Shown piece by piece: positions 39,238 through 51,927 of a DNA stretch of 64,000 nt. Each line of letters begins with the position of its first letter. The first letter of the stretch is position 1. The DNA is from Eledone cirrhosa (taxonomy: Eukaryota): assembly GCA_964016885.1 (NCBI GenBank), contig OZ024742.1, forward strand, positions 217,000,001 to 217,064,000, given 5' to 3'. The notes under the pieces are model-generated. The model saw only the letters and a program-made list of their open reading frames with translations, made no database searches and had not been told where the DNA came from. Both the position numbers and the translations under genes were made by a program.

Positions 39238-39518
39238 TAGGGATACATGATATGAAGCTTAAAAAACACTTGTGAATAGTGAAGTTTTAAATCAACATAT
39301 CATTGCTTTATTGTGCTACAATAAAACTCACCTCCTACATGGCTCTACATGGCTGAATACAATAAATGTAATCTGAGTTTTTCGAATACTAATAACAACA
39401 TTCGATTCGTTTGCAATTATGCAAACAAGCGTCAATTTTATAGCCATCTCAGTAGAATGAACACTTCATTCTTGCTCTTGTGTTGGCATGCGAACAGATC
39501 TGTTCGCATATATATATA

Positions 39519-39587
<69 letters not shown>

Positions 39588-39829
39588 GTGTAGTTAATAC
39601 AAACCATTGTGTGATATGTAGTAAAAGACCGATCATTTTCAGAAATATGGTAGAAAAATAGGTGGGGCAAATGACAAATAAAACAAAAGAAAGTAATGTT
39701 ATTTTAGCATGATATAACTTTTCAAACGTGAAGCTGAAACAGTTCAAAACAAAACGAGTGATCGAAATATTCTTTCCTAACTGGCCTATGTATCTGTAAA
39801 ACGCATGTGCGGGATCGCTACAGTAACCA

Positions 39830-40372
39830 TTATTGATCCTTCGTTTTATGATAATAGTCCTCTTTTTAATCCTTAAATCGCCTATATTCCTTTCTGTCGC
39901 CTCTGTGGTAACCTCAGTGTCTTGGGTGCAGCCAAGATGTTTTTTAGAGGCTCTCATTTTCACGTGCTCCTTTATCCGTATGTGCAGCATCCGGATGGTA
40001 TTTCCGATGTATGTGAAGCTACATTGTTTTGCATGTGATCTTATAAACCACATATGCTCTCATGCACACTTCTGTGTTGTTGATGGGAAGTGTGCATAGA
40101 CACCAACTTTTACAGGAAGGCTGCTTGCAGAGACACTTTTGTGCCATTCCCTGTATAGTCAAAATGGCCTATATGCACAACAGACAAACCAGCATGGTGG
40201 AATTCCAAAGAGTTCTCACCGAAAACGGCTACCCTACTTCTTTCACCAAATACTGAAATGCCAAGGCAGTAATACTTAAAAGATCAAGAAGGACACCCGC
40301 CCCTAGAGATAACATATGCTACCTAAAGCTTCTACCTTTCAATGAGAAGACGGCAGCTGTCATCAGACATTT
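39830..40372 (-). mobile_element. Penelope-like element remnant (GIY-YIG on minus, RT C-terminal region inverted on plus)
   Basis: Minus: VVYKITC/QCSFTYIGNTIRMLHIRIKEH (GIY-YIG, one frameshift); plus 40160-40372: VLTENGYPTSF..CYLKL. Confidence 0.82.
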
Positions 40373-42239
40373 ATACATAATGACTCGTGCATGTTATTTA
40401 CAGCAATTTATAATATTCTTGGTTGATTTTGTTGCTCATTTAAAACTGTGATAATTTAATGTTTCCTTTATTTTTTAAGACGGCAAGGTGAGATTTAAAG
40501 GAAATTTGGAAGCCATTTCTAGTATATCAACGGAAGCCATTTCTAGTATATCAACGGATTAAATAAGGAACTCCTTCGTTGTCTGGAGATTCTTTCGTTG
40601 GTTCGAATCTTCTTTGTTGACATTTGTTAGTAAACAGTAATCTACATTTGCCTAACATCGGTTCTGGGTCGGCAAATTAATTGTTTTGCATCTTACCAAT
40701 AATTTTGTGTACTTTTGTGAGAAATCATCTATCCTAAAGTGGCTGCTGTAGACCTCTCTGGCTGAATTTCTGTTTCTTAATCAAAGTTATTTCACTTCAT
40801 TCAAACTATTAATGCCCAATTGGAAAGCATAGACGTATCAATATCCCATCACCATCATCCTCTAAAATGTGTCAGCCTTATTTGGTATTTGAACGATTGA
40901 AGTCTTAAATATTATCTGAAGGACGGTGATAAGTGAAGCACAATACCAAAACGATTTACGATATTTATTTTACCTTCTTCCGGTTACGAATTCAAATCCC
41001 GTCGGAGATTATTTTATATCCATAACTTGAAAATCGATAAAATAAGCACCAGTAATTAGGTAGGATGAATTTCAGGAATCACACCACGTCAACTCAAACA
41101 GGCTTCCAAACAATTTTAATTAAACCATACAAATTTCTTGAAGTCGTTGAAGATTCGACCTGTTATCATTCATAGCTTTGAAGGCAATAATATCGATAGG
41201 AATTATAAATTGTGTTTGATGAAAATAGACTATACACCACTCGACTGTTCGTCTTGTTGCTGAGTGAGAAATCATCATTTTAGCTGATGTTAGGTTAGTG
41301 TCGAAAGGTCAATATCTTCAGTATAGTTTAACTATGTCCTTTATCCAATCCATTTTCTTATTGCTTATTTTACTTTTTTTTTAATCATCTTCCAACCTTT
41401 GTTGCGGTCAATAAGAGAAACTAGAGGAGTAGTTAGTTTATCGCAGTTAATTCTCAAAAGAAAATTGTTTATTCCTAACAACTGTAAAAACTGATGCACA
41501 TCAAATGAAAGGTTTTACATAATGAAATACTAATAAGAGAGACGATATGTGATCACGTAACTTGTCAAAAATAGCAGCTAAATATTCTTTAAAGCAGACC
41601 ATACCGTCTTTAAAAAGGAAGTACACATTAGATATGTGGTTCTATATACACATAAAAAGACAGGATCGCTACGGCAGAGTTCACCTGAGTCTAAACATCA
41701 ATAACAACGATAAAAGGCTTACAGTGGATCCGAACTCACAATTCCTATCAGGTAGGCAATATATTATCTATTCAGCTATTATTTCTCTTTTACAAGTCGC
41801 TTTATATAATTCTATAGGTATTCTAGAGAAACTATGATTTCGAATACATAGCCTCCAGTAAATTTTGAGGGATATTTGTCTCCTCTGTAAAGGTCTTGTT
41901 ATCTTCAATTCACTCGCGCACGATTGAATCTGTAACTGAACCAATAACATTATAATTCTATAAGATTTCTGTTTAATGTAGAGCCTTAAATGAATGAAGG
42001 AACCGGGCATGCTGATTCTTTGAGATCGTATCGTAAAGATTACTTTTGTTCGTTAAAAATCATAAATGAATAGATAAATAAATAGATGCATACAGATGTG
42101 GTCAGCTTGTGACTAAAACCCCGAATGCAATCAGACAAAGACAGCCAAATAGCAACCAAGGGCATAAGGAAAACGGAACAATTTTATTAAAATTTATTAA
42201 AAGATATAGTAATCGAGCAAAAGATAACGAAACATTTGC

Positions 42240-42720
42240 TCTAAGTTTTCAGTGAAATGCATAAATGAGTAAACAGAAAATATTACACTCGCTGACAACT
42301 TTACATATATATCAGTCTATTTGTGGGAAAATATTCTGCAGAAAGAAAATGGCAGAAACATATAGGGACAATTTATTTCCATAAAAGTTTCGACAAAGAA
42401 ATTGCAAGACGTTCTATACGGTTTCAGTTAAAATTGATATAATCACAATTGTAATGGTCTCTTCGAACACGACATTAAAACTTCAGAGAACCAAAGCAAT
42501 TATAGATCAAAGCAATAAAGACGACTCGTACTTTCGGAGAATACTGAAATATGCTACAAATAAAACTTGGTATAAGTTAATGCAGTGATTGAATACTTGT
42601 TTCAAGAACGCGGTTAATGTGTTTGGAGATGTTAAAAAGTAAAATACTCAAGTTTAACACAAAAAGTAACATATAGTTGGATGGTTGGAAAAAAAGGAAA
42701 TAAATTAACTATAGAGCGAA
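42240..42720 (+). mobile_element. Possible highly decayed RTE-like LINE fragment
   Basis: Only scattered residues (FTYI, LKYA..W) at RTE-like spacing. Confidence 0.25.
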
Positions 42721-43337
42721 AGAAAAAAGTTCGAGCTGGTTGAAAGTATAAAAACCTCAATAATTTTAAAAAACAGATGTGTCTAGAACAACACCGATGT
42801 TATATCACATAACTGTTTGATTTTTTTGTTTTCTGTTTTTGTTTTTTTTTAGCTCATACTTGAAATATCTAGTGCCAACGGGTTCTATTTTTCTGATAAA
42901 GTGAATGTGCAATCTGTTCTCTCTTCCCAATCAAATCATTTTTATTATGTTTCTAATACACCAACCATAATTGAAATGCATAAACATTATAACTTTTGTC
43001 TTTTGGTAGTTTGGGTTGTTTAGCACAAGTCAGTTCAGATCAAACAAGCCTGCAATCGATATACATTCCAGTCGTCCCAATCTCGTCTTTTTCTTTTATG
43101 TTTCAGTCACAATGTATCAGGGATATCATTACCTATCCACTGTGTCTTTTTTGAATCGGTGAAGTGTGACCTAAATATAATTTAAGTGTGATTTCCAGCA
43201 GGTCAAGTGTCCATGTACAAGCTTCATACGAGAAAAATGGTACAATTACTCCTATATTTAATGGTGGTGTGTATTTCATGCCACATAAAGGGAGATAACT
43301 TCAACTTTATTGAATTTACTTCATTTAGTTACTAAGT

Positions 43338-43445
<108 letters not shown>

Positions 43446-43549
43446 GTTTGTATGTTTATATATATATATAAAGTATCGAAATTCAATCGAACGGGAATCT
43501 GTTACTTGCAGCTGCAACTTCGTTTATACTCATCGTTTATACTCATTAC

Positions 43550-43607
<58 letters not shown>

Positions 43608-43610
<3 letters not shown>

Positions 43611-44090
43611 ACCCCGTTCTTCCCCCAACCCTTACTTTCACATACACACACACACACACACACACGTACACCTACACACACACACCACCTTCAGCCCTCC
43701 CCGCTCGGACACCCCGTCTCCCTCTCCCCACTCCACCCGCCACCACCCCTACACACCCACACCCTTCCACCACCTGTTTTACCCCCCTTTTAATTTCAGT
43801 TTATTTTGATCATGCTTTTTTATTTAAATTTATTTCATTCCTTGTATTTTGATCATGCTTTATTTTTATTTTTATTTTTATTTTTTTCATTCGCACCGTT
43901 TCCTTTCGCTATATGTCTCTCCACCCCCCACCCCTACACACCCTTTGAACTCTGTTCCCACACACTTCTCACCTGAGGAAGGGCTTATGCCCGAAACGTC
44001 GTCCCCCACCAACACCCCACTCTCCAGAGCGTGAAATTAATAAACATTCGTTGTACTGCCTCTCTGTTTTGTCCCTGTTCAAATTTTTCC

Positions 44091-44092
<2 letters not shown>
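43608..44092 (+). mobile_element. Penelope-like pLTR fragment in (TA)n
   Basis: C-rich and T-rich body, minimal hammerhead, AATAAA at 44039, (TA)n on both sides. Confidence 0.65.
43970..44002 (+). ncRNA. Minimal hammerhead ribozyme motif
   Basis: AC CTGAGGA A GGGC-TTAT-GCCC GAAA CG TC GT; palindromic ACGT in place of stem III. Confidence 0.7.
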
Positions 44093-44135
<43 letters not shown>

Positions 44136-44139
<4 letters not shown>

Positions 44140-44425
44140 GTAATGAGTATAAACGAAGTTGCAGCTGCAAGTAACAGATTCCCGTCCGATTGAATTTCGA
44201 TACTTTCGGAGGGTCATGCTGCCTTTAAAAACACACTCACCTGTTGGTGTTCACTTCAATTTATTGTAAATTTTCGGTTGGTTGGTTCAATAACCGGATG
44301 GTTGTTTATATATTGTCAAATCTCTTTCGTCGCACATTCTGTGACCTCCTCAGTGGGTGATTTCTTATTTCTTATTTTGTCTCTCTCCTTTATTCTATCC
44401 TACACTACCTTGTTTTTTGTGTTTT
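44136..44425 (-). mobile_element. Non-coding repeat in (TA)n with inverted partial copy at 43471-43555
   Basis: 44136-44205 is the reverse complement of 43471-43555 apart from a small duplication; GGAGGGTCAT..AACACACTCAC motif recurs at 62636-62710. Confidence 0.55.
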
Positions 44426-44576
44426 ATATATATATATATATATACATAATTATATTCGATACTCAACCAAGTCATAACACGGAGAATAAGCTGAGTACGT
44501 TCAATAAAACGTGTGTCCCTGCATTATAGTACCATTCTCTGAGTGGTCTATACCTTGGATATCTTTACCAAACCAT

Positions 44577-44648
<72 letters not shown>

Positions 44649-44668
44649 TTGTTGTATGGTTGTATTGT

Positions 44669-44700
<32 letters not shown>

Positions 44701-44705
<5 letters not shown>

Positions 44706-45478
44706 TAAATCATGTCTTTAGAATTATTAGATAAATAAAATATATACCATTTCCTCTCCCAATCAGCATAATTAACTATATAAAAAATCAATTAGACCAA
44801 GCTATAAGGACAAAGGCTCTTATGAAGAAATCTCCGACAAATAACCGAAAGTGGCCTCTTCGCGGTGGCCCCAATAGAGTATTTATCCAACATTTCGACA
44901 GCATGTAGAAACTGACTAAATATACAATCAACCATACACAATTAGGTGTAAATTCAAACTTAGAAGAAATGTGTACATTCCGTAATTATATCTCTACCAT
45001 GGTTTCATCCGTATTTTTAGATATCCAATTAATAGGAAATCCACAGAGTTCGGATTCATCAGAAGACAAACTTTAAAATTAGACATTTAGTTTTCCAAAG
45101 TGATCGCGCCAAAATTAGATTCAAAAATGGCTAAGAACCGCAATATGGCCGTGGTCAAGTTAGAAAGAATGTGATTGGTTGCTTACGGCGAGTAGGCTTG
45201 TTGCTAGAAAGCGCAGCCAAATATCGCCAAATTGTATCTCAACCTAACGGGAGATTATTAAATATAAAGGTTTACATATACATAAAGTTATAGATATATA
45301 TGTTGCAACCGGTCACTTTGTGGCTCTATGAAGAATTAATAAATTAAATAATCAGAGCAATATATCATAAATCATGTCTTTAGAATTATTAGATAAATAA
45401 AATTTATGATATATTGCTCTAATTATTTAATTTATTAATTCTTCATAGAGCCACAAAGTGACCGGTTGCAACATATAT
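44701..45478 (-). mobile_element. Non-coding Penelope-like/retrozyme-like element embedded in (TA)n
   Basis: About 77-bp inverted repeat 45295-45372/45402-45478; 41-bp direct repeat 44701-44741/45363-45403 (662-nt period); internal hammerhead. Confidence 0.75.
44989..45068 (-). ncRNA. Type I hammerhead ribozyme
   Basis: Minus strand: TGTCTT CTGATGA ATCCG..CGGAT GAAA CCATGG TA GAGATA; GUA triplet; stem I with two GU pairs. Confidence 0.8.
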
Positions 45479-45479
45479 T

Positions 45480-45523
45480 ATATATATATATATATATATA
45501 TAGTTGCTGTATGATTGTATTGT

Positions 45524-45572
<49 letters not shown>

Positions 45573-45636
45573 TATATATATATATATATATAAAGAAGAT
45601 TGACACGGTTTGCTATACAAAAAAGTGGACTGCATA

Positions 45637-45680
<44 letters not shown>

Positions 45681-45693
45681 ATGGTTGTATTGT

Positions 45694-45767
<74 letters not shown>

Positions 45768-45815
45768 AAGATTGACACGGTTTGCTATACAAAAAAGTGG
45801 ACTGCATATAACTAT
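45480..45815. repeat. Local tandem duplication (~175 bp x2) built from (TA)n and two unique blocks
   Basis: GTTG.TGTATG.TTGTATTGTTGTG and AAGAAGATTGACACGGTTTGCTATACAAAAAAGTGGACTGCATATAAC each occur twice. Confidence 0.9.
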
Positions 45816-45829
45816 TATTTGTTACCCCG

Positions 45830-46031
<202 letters not shown>

Positions 46032-46190
46032 CAGGCTTCTGTAGTTTCTAATAAATTTCACTCACAAAGCATTGGTCAACCAGAGGTTATAACAGATGAT
46101 AGTTGTGTAAAGTACCATGTAACGGCGGAATTGAGTTCAGAACCACATGGTTACAAAGTAACCTTCTTAATCACACACCAATGCCTGTGC
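46032..46190 (-). mobile_element. tRNA-derived SINE family 2, decayed
   Basis: Homologous to 29588-29742; its 3' end abuts the (AG)n tract. Confidence 0.6.
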
Positions 46191-46199
46191 ATATATATG

Positions 46200-46231
<32 letters not shown>

Positions 46232-46279
46232 TTTAGACGGTCTGAAATGCTGAAATGAAGAATCTATTATATCATCAAA

Positions 46280-46790
46280 GTTGATATTAACTCCTTGAAA
46301 CTGAACAATAATAATCTTACATTGCAGTCTGGAAATATTACAGATTATAGAAGTATTGATAGCATTGATGTCACAGACGAAGAAATACCGGCGGATTATC
46401 CAATTGGGTTCTTAAATATATTCACTGCGCCAAGAATGCCGCCACATGTCTTGAAAGTAAAGGTTGGTATCATTATTATGATATTATGCATCTTGATCCG
46501 AGAAGACTGCTTAATGAACACAAGTATTGATAAATCTCTGCATGGACAAATACTGACAGATAGTAAGAGACGAAAAGAGGTATTGATCCCAAGATTAAAT
46601 TTAACACACAGTTATATCAATCTTCTCTTTGTTTTAACAGACGTCAATTTCCTGTTTTCCGGCATTTGTAGTGACCATTAACAAATCGCAATGCTGAATT
46701 CTCCAATCTTTTCTCATGGGGCAATTCTGCCTAGCTACCAGTAGAACTAAGAATAATTTGAAACTATGACTAAACATATAGTTTATTTAA
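46280..46790 (+). mobile_element. Helitron RepHel fragment (PIF1-family helicase C-terminus), decayed
   Basis: YRSIDS..YPIGFLN..MPPHVLKVKVG..IMIL, VLIPRL, then RRQFPV, TINKSQ, FSHG in shifted frames. Confidence 0.85.
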
Positions 46791-47078
46791 AAAGGAAAAG
46801 AAATTTACAAATCAAATTTTACATATTCTTTAAAAAAATCGAGAGAGAAAGAAAGAAATGAAATAGCGAAAGTAAGGGAAGTGGGGGGAGGCAGACTCTA
46901 CAACTCAGTCATGGTGGTATGTGTGTAATAATAACTACAGTCAAGGAAATGTTTTAAAGAATAAAATGTTCGCTAAAGACTTGCTAATTTTTTACGTTGT
47001 GTACTTTTAAAGCAATGGTTAAACCATTTTTTTTTTTTTTTTTGCTTTAATAGAATCGTTACTGTTCTCCAGTATAAT

Positions 47079-47176
47079 TGTTTCTGCTTTAGGCACAAGG
47101 CCAGCAATTTTGAGGAAAGGAAAAGTCGATTAAATCGACACCAGTGCGGGACTGCTACTTTATTTTATCGACCCCG
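47079..47176 (-). mobile_element. SINE family 1, 3' half
   Basis: Core and tail motifs. Confidence 0.8.
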
Positions 47177-48182
47177 CTCTCCAATATAATGAGAATAATT
47201 AGATATATAAATGGATAAATAAAAATCAAAAAAAATCATAAACAAATCTATTTCAAATAACAACAATACTACAGATATTTAAAAAGGAAAAGGCAAGGGC
47301 TCTAGGGTCATAGAAGAAGGGGGAAGGGGTAGAGTGATGGCTCTAGGCCTAGGACACAGCGACGTTGGGACTGCGCCCCGCGAACAAGACCGAAAAGGCA
47401 TTATTGTTCAATGCAAAGTCAATAACAAAAATAAATATGTATATTTAAAATATACATCCTTTTCTATATTTTAATACATTTATATAAGATAAACACATTT
47501 TCTAAGAGTGTTCTGGATACAAACGAGACCAATAAAACATGTTGTAGGTGCAATATCAAATGATAACCGAAATTGTTTTAAAAACGAATACCGCTCCTTG
47601 CCGGGAACGAACAAGGAAACGGTCACTCCACTTTCTTTACAGTCAGTTTCACGATAAAAATGCACAACAGACATGTAATACCATTTCCCAAATAGGCAAA
47701 CAAACAACAATTATTCTCAAAACTGACGGAGCGATGTGAAAGTCGACTTGTGTTAACAGAAAAAAAGTGATAATAATAAATGTGATGTTATTTGACGTTT
47801 AGAATACAGTATAGAATACATTTCCTGAGTCTCATTTTCACACATAGAGAAAGCGAAAACTAAAGAAATTTTGTAGAAACGATCTTCGTCTTTCACTTTC
47901 GGAAAGTAAGATATTTCACTGAGTAACGTCATATCAGTGTTATTAATGACTACCAGAACCAAAGATCTCTTCCTCTCACCTTATAGCTTCCCCAAACCCA
48001 CCTCTCTTTCTGTGTTTCTCTCTTTCTCTCCCTGTTTCTCATTTTATTTATTTCTCGCAGCAATTTTCATTTATATTCAGCAAATAACAACAACAACAAC
48101 AACATTGAAGTGAAATTTTCCACGCCGTTGCCATTAGTTCTCCATTAATATTTGAATAATAAAGCTGCTACTTACAGATAAG

Positions 48183-48227
<45 letters not shown>

Positions 48228-48470
48228 TTTTCTTTATTAACCACAAGGGTTTACATAAAGTAGACATTAAGGACAGTACATGACAATACAGGACGGTACA
48301 AATGGGCATTTCTGCGTGTAAAAAAAACAGAGGATGAAATAAAATAACAAAGAAAAATTCCCCAATAGGGGGGAGACTTCCGAGGGACATTTGTGGAGAA
48401 AGCCCATTAAAAGACCACAGTGGCCCTGACCACCAGGGCAAGTGCCCTCTCCCAGTTTTCCACCCTTAAT

Positions 48471-51400
48471 TTACAGACACATACTCAGAGAAGGCCCATT
48501 CATTCGGGCCATACTTGCTTCTCTCACCCATCTTTCAACAAAATGCTGGGAAGAGAGCACTTCCTTCTCTACCCTGATTTTCCTTTTCAAATGAAATTTG
48601 AAAAAGTTAATCAGGGCATCACCGAAGAGGTAAGTGCTCGTCTTCAGCCCTTTCAAACGTGTTCACCATACTATCTCTTTCACCATGGCCACCAGACAGA
48701 TAAAAACTGCCTGCCCTTCCCGGCTAAAGGAAGAGGGCGGGGCAATCCTCACGATGGACTCAGCTGATAGCTGGATCAGTCCTACACGTGACAGCAGGTG
48801 TTCGACATAAACCCACAAGTCAGCAATGCTCGGACACTGGACGAGTGCGTGCAGGACGGTTTCGTCGCCCTGTGCGCATCTCGGACATGCCCGGCTGACG
48901 GCACCTCCATGCCTGTAGAGTTTATCCCGAACTGGCAAAGATCCCCGGTAGCACTGCCAGGCCAGGGATTTCTGGAAGTTGTCCATAGGCCCCGGCCCGA
49001 AAGTCCTTCCGAAGAGATTGGCTAGTTGATTTTCGTCGACGCCTAGAGTTTCTCCAAGTACGTCGTCGCTCTTCCCCTCAACTAATCCCCTATAGAACGC
49101 CAAGGTGGAGTTTCCACCGATCACATTGCCCGATTGGTCGAGGGCTGTGAGCGCCTGAAGACATTCCAGTCTCCAAGCGCCCCCTCTCGGTCTTCGCTTG
49201 ACCCAGGACTGCAGCTCCGTCAAGGAGACGAGCTGGGGAAAAATGTGTCTAGCAAACGGCGACCACACCTGATCACCGTCGAGGCAGAGGTGGAGATGTC
49301 GTAGCCTGAGCGCGTGTCTGCGTATCATCAGCCACGGCATGCCCAGCTCTCCACGTAGCGGGTGTTGACAGCAGATGGACCGCCTGACCATCGGTGCGCG
49401 TCCCTTCCACAAGAAGCGAAAGAGCAAACGCTCCAGCGCAGTCAGGCGGGGCTTAGGACAAGGTACAACGGTCAGGCGGTAGTAGATGACGGACGCAATG
49501 TACGCGTTAGCCACCTCCGCTCGACCTTTCAGGGATAGCTTCCTCTCAGCCCATTTCTGGGTGAGAGAAGCCACCCTGCTCGTCACCTCGTCCCAGTTTT
49601 TGTCCGTCTGGAGGTCTCGACCGAACCAGACCCCTAGCAATTTAACCGGTCTGTCCGTCCAGCGCCCGACGACGCTGTTGGACGGCATGGACCTGCCTCT
49701 CCAGGTGCCGAGCTGCAGGCCCACTGACTTTTCCTGGTTGATCATTGCACCTGTCACCGCTTCGTATTCTCTTAGTGTAGTGCCGATCGCCTCGATGTGT
49801 TTGGCGTTCGACACCACTACGGTGACATCGTCCGCATATGCTGACACGGATCTTCCGCATACTAGTTCGCGCGGGACCCCCCTCAACGTCTCCAGTTTGT
49901 GCAGTAATGGCTCGAGAGTCAATACGTACAATAGGGACGAGAGGGGACATCATTGGCGGACCGAGCGCATGATGTTGAACAGTTGGGAAAGGTGACCGTT
50001 CACTCTCACTACAGAGCAGATGTCGCTGTGCATGGCAGCGATCCAGCCTCTGAAGACGGGCCCAAAGCCAGCCGCCCTCAGGACTGCCGCTAGGTAACGA
50101 TGGTCGACCCTATCGAAAGCTTTCGACTGATCTAAATTGATCAAGGGCCCACCCGTGCCAGGTTCCCTAGCAACGCTCTCTACGATGTATCGCATGAGGT
50201 GGAGGTTCTCGTGGATGGATCTGTCGGGAATGGCGCATGTCTGTGCCTCTCCCACCAGACCACCAACGACAAGCGCCAGCCTCTTTGCAAGCACCTTGGC
50301 AAAAATCTTGAACTCTGTGTTTAGCAGAGTTATGGGCCGGAAATTATCTATGTTATCCCCCTTGTTCGGATCCTTTCTCAGCAACGCCACCGCTCCTCGG
50401 CTCACAGAGCTGGGAATTCTCCCGTTCTGTTGCCAGTTGCAGTAGACGTCCGCCAAGAGGCCTCCGAACAAGTCTGGCATTTGTACGTAAAGTTCATAGG
50501 GCAGACCATCCAAACCAGTCGATTTACCCCTTGTGCAGCCAGTCATTGCCTCCCGTACTTCAGCGGCTGTTATCGGCTTTTCGCAACACTCTGCCTCGGT
50601 GGCCGAGAGCCGCGGCAGTCCGTCGAGGTAGACACTAAAATCCATCCCTCGATCCGGCCCGCCGCTGCCCCCGAACAGCTGTGCGAAATGTCGCTGAAAA
50701 GCTTCACACATTTTCCCGGGATCGAGTAGCATGCGCCCGTCGTGGTCCACCAAAGAGCGGATTGTGGCTTTGTTGCCACGACGCGCCTCCGCCACTCGGG
50801 CCCATTGAACGGCTTTCGTCCCCTCGTGTTTGAGAGCACGCACCCTTGCTCTGACAACGCAGCCTGCGTGCTTTGCATTGAAGAATTGGTCAAGGGCCAA
50901 TTTCGCCGCAAGTACGTCGGTCGCGATGCCTTTGCAAAGTGCCCCGTCTAATTTTCTAACTAATTCTCCCTCTGCTCTATTTTTCTCTATAGCTAAAGCC
51001 TTACTAAACCTAATGGACTCTATTCTAATTGCTCTTTTCAGAGCAAACCACCACTTGTTGTTGACGATGGCCCCCGTCAACGCTCTCTAAACTAGTTCAC
51101 TAATCCGGTCTCTGTAGGCCTTGCGCGCTGGTAAGGACGCGTTTAGCTTCCAGCAGCTGGGTCCTCGTCTATGAAGCCTATCTAAGCCAAGCACACAGAT
51201 CACGAGTTTGTGGTCCGTGTAGCTGACTATCTTGAATTGTGGACAGCCTATGCTAGACCTATCTATTTCCCTACAAAATACTCTATCTAGATATGATCTG
51301 GATGACCCAATCGGTTTGTCCAAGTCCACATTTGCACATTCGGGAAATCCAATCGGTACCTGTCAGACAGTTCAAAACGCCTGAGCAGGTTGGTGAGGCT

Positions 51401-51893
51401 CTTGCACCCTCCTGTTCTATCCGCTAATCCCACACAGTCCCAGCCTGCAATTAAGATCCCGTTCCAGTCGCCCACTAACACTAAAGAGCGGGACGTTCCT
51501 AGAAAGGTCTCCAGACGCCGGAAGAAATCAGGCCGCCCTGCTTCTGTCAGGGCATAGACGGCCACTAGCCTGAAAGCTTGCCCGTCTCCGCTGGTCACGT
51601 CCAGCACCACCAACTTACCTTCTGGGTCCAGGAAGATGGCCCGTATGGCGCGATGCAAACCTCTCCGAAAAAGCACAGCAACTTCTCCCCGCCCCCGATC
51701 CAGGACGGCTGGGAGATGCGTACACATCGTAGCCGCCGAAGATCGCTGCGAAGGCCCGTGCTTCGGAGATTCTGGTCTCGTTGAAGGCCACTACATCTAT
51801 GTTTAGTGACCTGAGGTCGTTGAGCAGGTGGCCCTGCTTCCATGACGACCCCAAGCTACGCGCATTTATGCTGCCTATTCTGAGTGAGGCCAT
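48471..51893 (-). pseudogene. Tx1-like ORF2 (APE + RT + Zn finger), disrupted
   Basis: SINARSL, GDWN, YLDRVF, TDH, FRPITLLN, LDQSKAFDRV, YADD, CPRC..HALVQC; several stops and frameshifts. Confidence 0.93.
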
Positions 51894-51927
51894 GTTGAAA
51901 TTGAGTGGAAAAGATGGGAAAGACCAC

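Noticed and set aside
40335-40370. CTGATGA..GAAA on minus inside the Penelope remnant
   Set aside because: No stem II or stem I pairing; antisense to coding sequence, probably chance
46295-46681. Host PIF1 helicase gene
   Set aside because: Intronless, frameshifted fragment with Helitron-type motifs
47480-47962. Candidate host exons from short minus-strand ORFs
   Set aside because: No recognisable domain, an in-frame stop directly upstream and no convincing splice-site pair
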